Part shown: one piece after another, positions 1 to 11,650 of the stretch | Numbering within the stretch: the first letter of the stretch is position 1 | Layout of the letters: each line of letters begins with the position of its first letter | Source of the DNA: Eledone cirrhosa | Lineage: Eukaryota | Reading direction: 5' to 3' | Length of the DNA: 64,000 nucleotides | Assembly (NCBI GenBank): GCA_964016885.1 | Contig: OZ024740.1 | Location: 314,278,001-314,342,000 of the forward strand | Position numbers and translations under genes: made by a program | Notes under the pieces: generated by a model | The model's input: the letters and a program-made list of their open reading frames with translations, nothing else | Told to the model about the DNA's origin: nothing | Databases searched by the model: none

Positions 1-10
1 AAAGAATAAA

Positions 11-145
11 TACAGTAAGCCTCCAACTTACGAACGTTCCAAGAGGCCGTTCGTTAGTTGATCGTTTCACACAGTACGTACCAATAAGCCCATATATGTT
101 AGTGATACTGCAGGTTTCCATATGAGTGATATATATATATGTGCG

Positions 146-176
<31 letters not shown>

Positions 177-411
177 TGTAAAGCTAATGACAATGTATTG
201 TTAAAGAAAAAAAAGGACGTTTTCAATTCTACGAAAACAGAATGGTATCCCATACCGTATGTACGATTTCGGTTTGTTTTTATGGTGCAAAAGAAGGAAC
301 ACAGTGCCTGCAAGAGTAGACAAAAACGCGAATTTCAAATTCAGACATTTTTGTTTCTTCCAGAGACTTAGTATCTGTGGAAGTTCGTTCGTAAGGCGGG
401 GACTTACTGTA
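11..411. mobile_element. pogo/Tigger-like MITE interrupted by (TA)n
   Basis: Imperfect TIRs ta-cagtaagcctccaacttacgaac ... gttcgtaaggcggggacttactg-ta with flanking TA; related partial copy at 61784-62020. Confidence 0.65.
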
Positions 412-774
412 TACTACAATACAGTTCAAAACAATAACAATAACTGGCTACTTTTGAATCTGCTCAACTTAGTAGTAATTTACCAATCACCCGCATTATA
501 TTAATTTATACACTCGCCTTCAATCTACATATGTTTATTTAACCCAGTTCATCAGAGTTACTATGTTTAAAAGTCAGCAGACATGCAGCTTGTTAGCGAA
601 AAACCGAAAAGAAAACAGTTTGCGCTAATTACATCGAATATAAAGTTACTTGTGAGAATGTCTAGAGCATACTTGGTTATAAATCAAACTGACCCTTATC
701 TAGAAGTGTATTAATTAGTAGATATGTGTAAAATACAATTTCATCTTTTACTTTTCCTTTATTATTTGTATTTA

Positions 775-1008
775 GGGCGGTGGAGTGGCATTATCGGTAG
801 AGCGTCGGACACCATGCTTTGCAGCATAGAGTTACGATCCTTTACGGTCTAAGTTCAAATGCCGCCGGGGGTTAGCTTTGCCTTTCAACTTTACGGAGTC
901 GATAAAATAAAGTACCAGTAATGCACTGGAGTCAATTTAATCACCCCCCCCCCCCCCCCCAACCTAAAAAATGTTGGTCTTGTCTCAAAATCAGAAACTA
1001 TTATTATT
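775..1008 (+). mobile_element. tRNA-derived SINE with Meta-like central domain
   Basis: A-box-like tggcattatcgg, B-box-like agttcaaatgcc, central gcctttca...gtcgataaaataaagtaccag; many copies in the window. Confidence 0.8.
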
Positions 1009-1046
1009 TGTCATACCATATATATATATAGAGAGAGAGAGAGAGA

Positions 1047-1190
1047 AATCAGGACTACACTAGTTTTAAATTAGTAAAACCATTATTCAGCAGACTACTC
1101 AATACTTAGGATAGTAGGGTGTAAATATATTAGAGAGTCGTGGCCCGACGGATGAGCTCTTGCCGCTTCAACAGCAAATTCCAAACTCAT
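1047..1190 (-). mobile_element. Degenerate copy of the Penelope-like terminal element seen at 59509-59705 and 62645-62844
   Basis: Shares tactcaatacttagg.tagtag and cccgacgg..gagctc..gccg.ttc motifs. Confidence 0.5.
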
Positions 1191-1447
1191 ATATATATAT
1201 ATATATTTGTGTGTGTGTGTGTGAGTCCCGGGTTCAATCGGGGGTGATCACAGTAAGTAGGGTATTCAATACATTAGGAAAGTGTAATCATCAGGAAAGC
1301 TATTCCCTAATGATTTCCTTTGAATGGAACCGTTCTAGTCCCATAGAAGAAGCCATTTCTATATTAAATTTGATATATATATAAATATATATATAGAGAG
1401 AGAGAGAGAGATTGGAAATAGCATGGAAAATATATTTAAGGGTCTGT

Positions 1448-2115
1448 TTTTTCTTTTTCATACAGCTGCCGTCTTTCATGCGCATCACATGACCATGCCA
1501 ACATAGTCTTCTCTCAAGTAAACAGCATCTGATCCTTCTTATTCCTAATTTCTCACTTAGTTCATTTATGTTTTGCTGTTCACGTATATTACTATTACAC
1601 ATCTAATGGAGCATGCATGCTTCGTACCTTTCCAGTCTGCGTAGGTCCTCCGCACACAATGCCCATGTCCCACTGCCATGTAGCATTGCTGTTCGTATAC
1701 AGGCATCATACAATCTGCCTTTCATTTTTAGAGAGAAACCTTTTGTGGCCAACAGCAGTATAAGCTCTCTGAACTTTTTCCATCCCGTTCTAACTCTGGC
1801 TACTGTACTTTCAGACCACCTCCCACCACTGCTGATTTTGTCACCCAAGTAACGGAAAGTGTCTACTATTTCTATAGAACCATCTGAGCAATAGAAGGAG
1901 CTAGTATCCTGTGGGCACTTCCTACTTATTGCACCTGAGCATCGGCCACATATAAAACCTACGTTCTTAGATAGTTTACCTGTAATCCCATTACATCTTT
2001 TATGTACCCATAGTTTGCATTTGGGACATAAAATGGAATTTCTACCTACTCCTTTCCTAAACACTGAGCATGGCCATTTCCCAGTGGACACCTGTGTCCT
2101 TTTTTCCTTTCTACA

Positions 2116-2117
<2 letters not shown>
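1448..2117 (-). mobile_element. RTE-clade LINE fragment (C-terminal part of RT ORF)
   Basis: ORF motifs WPCSVFRKGVGRNSILCPKC, FRYLG, KGRLYDACIRTAMLHGS; internal stop codon. Confidence 0.9.
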
Positions 2118-2152
<35 letters not shown>

Positions 2153-2398
2153 TAAAAAACTGGGAGATTACATCCGTAGTTGGTAGAGCACTCAGTCGAA
2201 AGGACGTGTATGGTATAGAGTTAATTCCACAGCTATAAACAGTAAAACACATGTCCTTGAATATGGTTTGCTAATTTGTTGTGAAACTAACTCTCTCTTT
2301 ATATATATATGTGTGTGTGTGTGTGTATGTATGAAGGTTTTTCATATAATTCAAATGTTGTTTAACACAATAATAAATCCTTGTTATCTATTTTGCAG

Positions 2399-2788
2399 GA
2401 GAAGCCACCAATAGTATTCAACTACTACCGATATGCCACAAAGAAGACTATGGCCCAGGGATTGCTTGATGTTGCTCTTCTCATGTCAAATGCATCTCAA
2501 CTGAAGTCAATCTTAGACGTTGGAGAGGACCATGACTATTTCCATGCTCTTGTTGCTATCGTTATCATTTCCATTAGTCTTCAGGTGATCACTGGAATCC
2601 TTCTGCTGATTCTAGGATCTTTAAAAGATCACACTGAGAAACATGTGAAACAGGCCAACATACTCAACAATATCATCATTGGCTTTATACTTTTCATAAC
2701 AGTTTCAAATATCTTTATCACAGCTTTTGGAGTACAGTTCCGTACAAAGAATTCACATGCCAACCCATTATTACCCCCAAACATTTAA
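2399..2788 (+). CDS. NINJ: Ninjurin, terminal coding exon (upstream exons not identified)
   Basis: Acceptor ttttgcag at 2391-2398; YATKKTMAQGLLDVALLMSNASQLK ninjurin signature followed by two hydrophobic helices (ALVAIVIISISLQVITGILLLIL; NNIIIGFILFITVSNIFITAFG); TAA stop. Confidence 0.92.
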   Translation, partial: EKPPIVFNYYRYATKKTMAQGLLDVALLMSNASQLKSILDVGEDHDYFHALVAIVIISISLQVITGILLLILGSLKDHTEKHVKQANILNNIIIGFILFITVSNIFITAFGVQFRTKNSHANPLLPPNI

Positions 2789-3626
2789 ACAGCCAAAGAT
2801 TTTATTTTTGAATATTTTTTTTTATCTATTTTTTCATTTCTTTTTAAATAGAAAGAAAAAATAAACTCTCATAAAGAGAAAAAATATATAAATTTTTGTC
2901 AATATTTGATTTATAAAACAAAAGATGTTTTGTTTTTTTTAATGTGGGTAAAAACACCAAAGATATTGTCACTAATATTATGTACAAGGGTTCATTTAAA
3001 TGTGTTCAGGTCAAGCAAATGATGGCAGCAGGTGGAAGTAGTTGTAAAGGAGGATAACAGTATCTACTTGTAAGTGTGTGTGTGTGTGTACTGCAAAGAT
3101 GTTTGTGTATGAAAATATGTGTGCATACATATATATATATATTTATTAAAATAACAGATTAAAGTTTAAGCAAAATATATTTGATATATATTTATCCTTA
3201 TCGAGGCCTCTTTGGATTTTAGTCTTCAAATTTATTATTATTACTATATATATATATATATATATATACATAAATACAGTAGATATAGATGCAGTTCAAT
3301 TCAAGCACTCAGTGTCTTGTTACTTCTTCAAAATAAGTATGATGGAGTATAATTAAAATGAGGAAAATGTGAAGTTGTAGATGTTAAAGAGCCCTTATTA
3401 ATAAAGCTGTGATACTCAATGGAACAGGCAATCCCAACAAAAACATTACTTTTTGTCCGTTCCCTTGCATCTAGGACTGCCTTGGAAATGTAACCTTTTA
3501 CTTAATGCTGCTATCTGATGAGATCAAGAGAATGGTTAAATAATCAAGTGACCACTATCATCATTGAAATATGTATCACAGCTTTATTAATAAAGGACTT
3601 TTTAACATCTACAACTTCACATTTTC

Positions 3627-3704
<78 letters not shown>

Positions 3705-4369
3705 CAAAATGTTAACAAATGAAAAATATTCTCATAATCAAAATATATACTTTATTATATATATTTCAAAGGTACTGTGTTGTTTTTTCAGTACGTCCTC
3801 ATCAGACAAAATATATGATTTGATATATGACATACCGCTACAGTCTTGATTATTCAATTCCAGTATTGGCAGTTTGAATAGTATTAAAAACTCCAGGAAA
3901 TATTTTTTTGTTGAGTGCTTCTAATCTATTGTAAAATTGTATTCGTTGAGTAATCAACGAACCATACTAATCTTTGGTTATATATATATATATATATGCT
4001 AGGATACCTCATTATATGTATTTCATTTAAGTGTGTACATTTTTTTTATTGTGTATATGTTTGAATATATATGTATGTAAAGATGTAATATATGTGATTA
4101 TGCATGAGTATTTGTGCTCACAATATTTTCTCTTGAGAAATATACTAAAAAAACAAATAACAAAAACTTTTTTTAATTCATTCTTTTAAAAATTTTATCA
4201 CAAAAGTAAATTCAAAAAATTGTTTTCCTTTCGAAAAATATTGCCCTCCATTTTGAATTTTTATCCAGCCTTTGATACTAATACCAAAAATATTGACATT
4301 GAAACCAAAGCTAATGATAGACACAAAGGATTTTGAGAATGATACTAAATTACTGGCATTAACAGCAAG

Positions 4370-4925
4370 ACTTTTGATAGAGATATTAGAAATATGGACA
4401 GTGATAACAAACAATAAATAGAATATTGGACATGTTGACAGGGTTGACAAAAATATTTAGAGTGATATCATAAATATTAACAGTGATATCAAAAATACTA
4501 ATAGTGATATTGGACATGTTAACAGGGTTAACAAACATATTGATAGTGATATCACAAATATTGATAGTGATATCAAAATTACTAATTGGACATGTTAACA
4601 GAGTTAACAAACATATTGATAATGATATCAGATATATTGACAGGGATATCAAAAATACTAATAGTGATATTGGACATGTTGAGAGGGGTAACAAACATAC
4701 TTATAGAGTGATATCAGAAATATTGACAGGGATATCAAACATATATAGAGTGATATCAAAAATTCTAATTGTGATATCAAAAATACTGATAGTGATATTG
4801 GACATGTTAACAGGGATAATAAACATACTTATAGTGATAAAGATATTGACAGAGGTAACAAAAATATTGATAGATATAAAAATATTGATGTTGCTAATTT
4901 GACAATGATACCAAAATATTGACAG
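4370..4925. repeat. Degenerate AT-rich minisatellite
   Basis: Recurrent gtgatatcaaaaata and gtgatattggacatgttaacagg units. Confidence 0.85.
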
Positions 4926-5081
4926 CTGTTCTTTTATTATCTACCGGTTCAAGTCATTAAACTCCAGCCATGCAGGCTCATCAAAATTTCCACCATGATC
5001 CTCAAATTTCTATGTTTATATCATAAATAAAATTTTTCTATGCTACAAAGTGTTTTTTTGTTATTATTTTCAAAATATGTA

Positions 5082-5317
5082 TTAACCCTTTAGTATTTGA
5101 ACCAGCTGTATCTGGCCAGAATTCTCTCACCTCTTTCTGTTCAAATCAGCCATAACTTGCCACTCATACTGATGTTAAGGTATTGTTCTCAAAATAAATA
5201 ATATCAAAATCTCATAGATTCGATATTATGTGAGATAATTATGTGAAATAAAACCTTTACTATGAAAATACAATAGTAAATATAGAGTAATGTAAATGCT
5301 AAAGAGTTAAGAGTTAA
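5082..5317. mobile_element. piggyBac-like MITE
   Basis: ttaa-ccctttag ... ctaaagag-ttaa ends; further copies near 17892-18107, 22192-22394, 23667-24017, 38789-39003, 39542-39756. Confidence 0.8.
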
Positions 5318-5359
5318 CAAAGCTTTCCTGCCACAATTTCTAGAGGTATTTTGAGTGGT

Positions 5360-5690
5360 AAAGGATAAAGACCCCCTTCGGTCATGAATGACCATGGGAT
5401 TTGCACCTAGAAAGTTCCCCTCCAAGGCACAAGTCCAGGCAAGGTTGTTTGTGGAAGACCAGCAGTCGCCCATACATACCAGTCTCTCCTCACCACTGAT
5501 GTTGGGAAAGGCAAAGGCCGATACAGTTTGTCAACATTGATGTCACAACTCATTTCTATAGCTGAGTAAACTAGAGCAACATGAAATAAAGTGCCTTGCT
5601 CAAGAACACAACGCAAAGCTGAGTCCAAGAATCGAACTCACACCCTCATGATTGTAAGCCCGACACTCTAACAACTAAGCCATGCACCTT
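5360..5690 (-). mobile_element. tRNA-derived SINE, second family (CORE/V-like domain)
   Basis: Minus strand reads ggcttagttgttagagtg...gagttcgattc...ttcttgagcaaggcacttt; related copies at about 26555-26670, 43055-43150, 51160-51430. Confidence 0.65.
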
Positions 5691-8095
5691 GAGGAAGAAA
5701 TTACATAAAACAATAAAGAACTCTATCTTGGGCAACACAAAAATAGGTATTACCATACATATACTTGAATATAAGCCAAAGAATATGTGACCAAAATTTG
5801 ATGTTTTGACTATTTTCACCAACTTAAAATTCTACATAAATAAGGTTTGGATTTTTGCCCATTTCTCAGACATAAAATAGTGGAGTCAGCTTATATTGGT
5901 ATAAACTTATATTTGAGTATATACAGTAATTATTTCACTAATCTAAGGAATTGACTGTTATTCAGTTTCTAGAGTATTAGACAGATAAGAAATAAATCTC
6001 CTACTGGAAAGAATGCTAAGCTATCCCCAAATGTAGTTATCTATTTCCATCATCATCATCATCATTCAGCATACATTTTCCACACTAGCATCGGTAGCAG
6101 GGGCTGTTCCATTGTGAGAGATCCAGTTTGAAGGACTGTGTTTCACTCACACAAAACTGATTTTGGATTAGTTTCTATGGCTGGATGCCCTTCCTAATGA
6201 CAACCACATTTACAGTGTGTGCTGGGTGCTTTTTTTTGTCATGACACCTACACAAACACTTTACAGAGTGGGATGGGTGCTTTTTGTCATGACATCTACA
6301 TGACCACTTTACAGTGTGGGCTGGATGCTTTTTTGTTGTGATACCAACATATCATAGTAAATCTGTGACTTCCATAGAAGCTTTTAGACAATTTCCTTTA
6401 GATTGTATTAAATCAGCTAACATGCATAGATGTGAGAAATCATCAGAGTGTAAACTTGTAATTTATAAAATCCCACTATTTATGACAAAAGATGACAAAA
6501 CCCTCTTTTAAGATATATTGTTGTTGTTTTTTTTTCTGTTTTGGGGGGTGGGGTTTCGGTGGCATGCTTGAGGAAGGAATCACATGAGGTGAGGTGGCTA
6601 TTGCAGTGGGTGTCTCTGGCCTTTTCCATTTTGTCCAGACTATGAAGGATTAATTCTATAGCTGTGAAATCTTGCTTGCATTAAATTCAGTTCTTATTAA
6701 TAACTGCATTGTTTCTTTCCAAAGACTATGTTGGAAAATAAAACTCATTTGAGTATCTTGGTCAGCCTCTGAACTTTTCAGCCCTTAACATAACCAGAGC
6801 AACTAAATGATTTATGTAGATGATTATGATTAAGAAAATAATTTCTAAATGGGATGCAACTTTCAGAGTTAGATAATGTTAGATTTTAAGTAATGCATGC
6901 ATGATCATGTTACTCCTGAAGGTGTTGTAGGGGCAACATATTGATATACAGCATTTCTTGGACATTTTAAAATCTGGTGGAGCCCACCTTTCTCCAGGTC
7001 TGGACTCAGAAGATTTCTTCCAGAGAAGGATAGAGAGAGTGAGAGAGAGGAAGTAAGAAAAATATATAGAGGAAGAATTTACCCCAGTACTAGACTGGTA
7101 CTTTTTTTATTGACCTTAAAAGGATGAAAGGCACAGTTGACCTCGATTGGGATTTGAACTTGAGAGCAGAAATGAATATTGTAAAGCATTCTTACCAACG
7201 TTCTAACGATTCTGCCAATTTGCCACCTTTTAAGTAATGATGGTAGGTAAAAAAAAAAAGAAAATGTTATCAAGATAAGGATAATGAGGAATTTCACAGA
7301 TGATTCTGTAAAAGCCAGATTCAAACTGCAGTGCAGATGCTTATATGGGAAGAGACAGAGCTAGAGAACTTGGCTATTGTAAAAGATATTTGGTCATTGA
7401 TATGGGACAATTTATGGCAAAACACTATCCAAATATCTGATTATAATTGAGTTTCAGAAAAGCATTAGGCTAGTGTAAGAGAATGGTTTGGTATAAGAAA
7501 GAAACAACAGGTTTGGGAATAATGGAAGTTAAACAAAAGCCTAATGTTTTTTTCATAAAGTTGAAAGAGAAGCAAAGAATGAACAGCTCATAAATGCATC
7601 TACAAAGTAAGAATGCTCAAGATTGTAAGTTGTCATACTAGGAAGAAGTGGAGCATAAATTAGAATACATATATGTTAGCTAAGGACATGCTAGTTAAGA
7701 AGGGCATGTTGACTTCCACATCAGTATACATAAAGTTGTTTGTGGAAGACTAGCAGTCGCCCATGCATACCAGTCTCCCCTCTAACTATATCAAGCCTAG
7801 ATATAATAACAGGGCTAAAAAGTAATGTGTGGTCAATGGTAAATACATACTCAAGTAAACTAAATGTATAAAAACAGCATCACAAGTGGTTTCCTCAAAC
7901 ACTTGCCCTCCATCAAGAATAAGAAACACCTCACTACACTTCTAGCATCTTTTCTATGTCTAGATTCCCTTATATATATTATATTATATACCATCATCAT
8001 CATGATTTAACATCCACTTTCCCTGCTAGTAATAGTTAGATGAGTCATCAGTACTCAAATAGATTTACTGACCACTCAGATGAGCCAAGAATATG

Positions 8096-8300
8096 CATCA
8101 CCTATATGAAAATTGAGTGCTCAACACCTGCCACTCCTGTGTCTTCTTCACATGATACATAGATGATATACTCATCCTCACATCATCCATCATCACTAGA
8201 TGATGTGAGGATGAGTATATCATCTATGTATCATGTGAAGAAGACACAGGAGTGGCAGGTGTTGAGCACTCAATTTTCCAGTTGGGTCATATAGGTGATG
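8096..8300. repeat. Inverted repeat (hairpin) duplicating the Penelope YIDD segment
   Basis: 8108-8187 is the reverse complement of 8199-8278; outer catcacctatatga / tcatataggtgatg. Confidence 0.9.
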
Positions 8301-8580
8301 GTCAGAAGGCCTGAATGACTTGATCCCATGGGTAGGCCTGTTGCTTGTTTGTATGTGTGGTGGTGAAAAGATAAATATGTATTTTATACAATAATGGATA
8401 GAAGCTGATGTATGTCTTGTGGGGTGAGGCCAAAGCAAAATATTTTGAAATGATGCAGTAGTCACTAGGTTGACTGCTGGGTGAGCTGGTACTGTCATGT
8501 AGAAGGAGACAACGTCGAGGCTAAAGGCATATCTGTTGAGTTTAAGTTGGTTAGGCTATAGTTGATATAGTCTTTGTATG
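8199..8580 (-). mobile_element. Penelope-like element RT fragment (pseudogenised)
   Basis: Minus-strand translation across frameshifts gives FSLDVVSFYMTVP, YKQATGLPMGSSHSGLLTITYM and *YIDDILIL, which are PLE RT motifs. Confidence 0.85.
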
Positions 8581-9470
8581 AATTATCGTTGTTGCCACAG
8601 TAACCATTTCCTAGTTATAACTAATTTTTCCTGAAAAAAACATATAAATTTATAAACTTGCATGTTTGAAAAGAAACCCTTATACAAGTTTCTGCATAAT
8701 ATGCACTTTAAATCTTGCTGCCTCCCTAAAAGCTCCATATTTTGACTCCTCTCACTATCTTGATATTGTCTTATGGTATTAATCATTGTAATTTTTTCTT
8801 CTGTATATTTCCTGAAGAGATATGGTTGAGATAAAGCACCCATAATGGAGATAATTGTTAACTAATAATTCTTCAGTTGCTCTGCAAATGGATGTGATAT
8901 TCTAGCCACATTGAAATGTTCGTAGCGATGCATGAATAAATAATAATTTCTTGTCCTTGGCTTTCTTACAATTTTTAATTTTAAATGCTCCGCTATCTGA
9001 ACCGCCCTTAATAACAAGATATTTTAATCATCCAGTTTTTATCCATAAGGATAGAGGACAGTAAAATGCATCAAGCTTATCTCATCTTACCAAAGAAAAT
9101 AGTGAAGTACTACACTATAACCTCATTTATATATATATATATATATACTATATAGACTAAAAAGCACCTAGCCCTCCCTGTAAGGTGGCCGTGCTGATCA
9201 CATGACAAATAAGCACCCAGTCTACCTTGTAAAGTGGTCATGTTGGTGACACAACAGGAAACACCCAGCCAACCCTGTACAGTGTGCATGTTGGTGGCAT
9301 GACAGAAGGCTCCCCCTTTTCCCTGTGGAGTGGGTGGGTTGGTGACAAAGAGCACCCAGTCTAGCTCATGCTAGCGTGGAAATATGGACGTTAAACAGTG
9401 ATGATGATGACGACGATGATGTATATCTGTCTATTTATTTATGTATACATTATATATATATAGATATATA

Positions 9471-9551
9471 TACAGGGTGTCCCCAAAAATGTATACACAC
9501 TTTGATTACCTGTACAGGCAAGTGTGTATACATTTTTGGGGACACCCTGTA
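9471..9551. mobile_element. Minimal Tc1/mariner MITE (about 80 bp)
   Basis: ta-cagggtgtccccaaaaatgtatacacactt ... aagtgtgtatacatttttggggacaccctg-ta; related copy at about 15679-15775. Confidence 0.85.
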
Positions 9552-9601
9552 TTTATATATGTATATATATATTCGTATATATATATATATATATATATAT
9601 A

Positions 9602-10832
9602 TCATCATCATCATCTCATCATCTTCGTTTAACGTCCATATTCCACGCTCGCATGGGTTTGGACGGGGGTAGTCCCACTTGAGGCAAGAGTGGTTGTCTT
9701 GCTCGCATAGGACTGTCTGGCGGGTTTTCTACGGCTGGATGCCCTTCCTAACACCAACCACATTTACAGTATGGAACTGGGAGGTTTTTACCGTGTTACC
9801 TACACGGCCACATTACAGCGTGGACTGTGTGTTTTTTTGTCATGACACCTACACGACCTCATTTGTTTCGGGCTGGATGTTGTGGTACCAACATAACTTT
9901 ACATTGAAAGGGGTGGTGTGGATGGGGTGGGGGTAGTGGGACTGGGGTGTATTTTGTTAGAGGTGCCTACTGACTGTAGTAGGTTTCACTTTGCACTTAG
10001 GTAAGGCGGGTCGTCTCTATTACTGTGTAGCGCCAAAGATCTCGGTCCAGTGACATTGTCTTGGAGAGTTGTAAGTGTGTGAGGTCGGAATTTATCAAGT
10101 CGTCCCAGGTTTTTCTGGGTCTGCCTACTCCGTGGCTACCATCTATTTTTATTGCCCTGCACTTTTTTATACAGCTGTCGTCTTTCATGCGCATCACGTG
10201 ACCATACCAACGTAGTCTTCTCTCGAATAAACAACATCTGATCCCTCTTATTTCTAATTTCTCCCTTAATTCGTTTATGCTTTGCCGTACACGTATATTA
10301 CTATTACACAGCCAGCGGAGCATGCAAGCTTCGTTTCTCTCCAGTCTGCATATATCCTCTGCACACAATGCCCAGGTTTCACTGCCATGTAACATTGCTG
10401 TTCGTATGCAGGCATCATACAGCCTGCCTTTCATTTTTAGAGAGAAACCTTTAGCGGCCAATAGTGGTATAAGCTCTCTGAACTTTTTCCATCCCGTTCT
10501 GACTCTAGCTACAGTACTTTCAGAGCACCCTCCTCCACTGCTGATTTTATCACCCAGGTAACGGAAGCTGTTCACTATTTCTATAGAACCATCTGTGCAA
10601 TGGAATGAGTTAGTATTCTGTGGGCACTTGCTGCTACTTATTGCACCAGAGCACCGGCCACATATAAAATCTATATTCTTAGTTAGCTTACATGTGATCC
10701 CACTACATCTTTTATGTACCCATACTTTGCATTTGGGACATAAAATGGAGTTTCTACCTACTCCTTTCCTACACACTGAGCATGGCCATTTCCCAGATGG
10801 GACCGGTGCCCAATTTTCCTTCCTACAAACTA
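9602..10832 (-). mobile_element. 5'-truncated RTE LINE with 3'UTR and (GAT)n tail
   Basis: Intact C-terminal ORF (RRLRWYGHVMR, GRPRKTW); tail reads (CAT)n on +; both ends abut (TA)n. Confidence 0.93.
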
Positions 10833-10833
10833 G

Positions 10834-10890
<57 letters not shown>

Positions 10891-11185
10891 CACATATATA
10901 TATATATATATATACATATATAGCGGCGATGAATTAGTTTTGCGAGGTTTTTTATATGAAATCGTGTGTCGAAACAAATATTGTTATACTTGGGGAGGGT
11001 CATATTTGTGTAATATTGCCAGAATTAATAACAGAACACACTCACTGTTTGGTTGGTTTTCGCTTCTCACTTCTGTGTCTTTTATATCGGTAATCTAACT
11101 TACTCGGTCCTCAATGTTGCCATTGACTGACCGATGCTCAAAAATAATACAGATACAACATAGACACAAACACATATATATAGTT

Positions 11186-11229
11186 TATCATAAATCTTTC
11201 GTTGCACATCTGCAACATCGTCAGTGGTG
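11186..11229 (-). ncRNA. Mirror-image hammerhead motif (left arm of palindrome)
   Basis: Reverse complement of 11351-11394. Confidence 0.6.
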
Positions 11230-11350
11230 CTATCTTTTCCTCCTGTTGTATTGTATGTCTATGCCATTTTTATTCAGTCTGTCTATATCAGATATAGACA
11301 GACTGAATAAAAATGGCGTAGACATACAATACAATAGGAGGAAAAGATAG

Positions 11351-11394
11351 CACCACTGACGATGTTGCAGATGTGCAACGAAAGATTTATGATA
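11351..11394 (+). ncRNA. Type I minimal hammerhead ribozyme motif (right arm of palindrome)
   Basis: CTGACGA-T-GTTGCA(GATG)TGCAAC-GAAA-GATT-TA; perfect 6-bp stem II; stem I cacca/tgata has two C.A mismatches. Confidence 0.6.
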
Positions 11395-11588
11395 AACTAT
11401 ATATATGTGTTTGTGTCTATGTTGTATCTGTATTATTTTTGACCGTCGGTCAGTCAACATTGAGGACCGAGTAAGTTAGATTACCGATATAAAAGACACA
11501 GAAGTGAGAAGCGAAAACCAACCAAACAGTGAGTGTGTTCTGTTATTAATTCTGGCAATATTACACAAATATGACCCTCCCCAAGTAT

Positions 11589-11650
<62 letters not shown>

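Larger units (their letters stand above)
10981..11593. repeat. About 610-bp near-perfect palindrome (Penelope pLTR-like)
   Basis: Arms 10981-11289 and 11291-11593 around a 1-nt centre at 11290; a few substitutions and one 6-nt indel. Confidence 0.95.

Noticed and set aside
4386-4902. Ile-rich ORFs on both strands
   Set aside because: Products of a degenerate minisatellite
10277-11098. Plus-strand ORFs antisense to RTE ORFs (also at 12079, 20576, 40539)
   Set aside because: Shadow frames of RTE coding sequence
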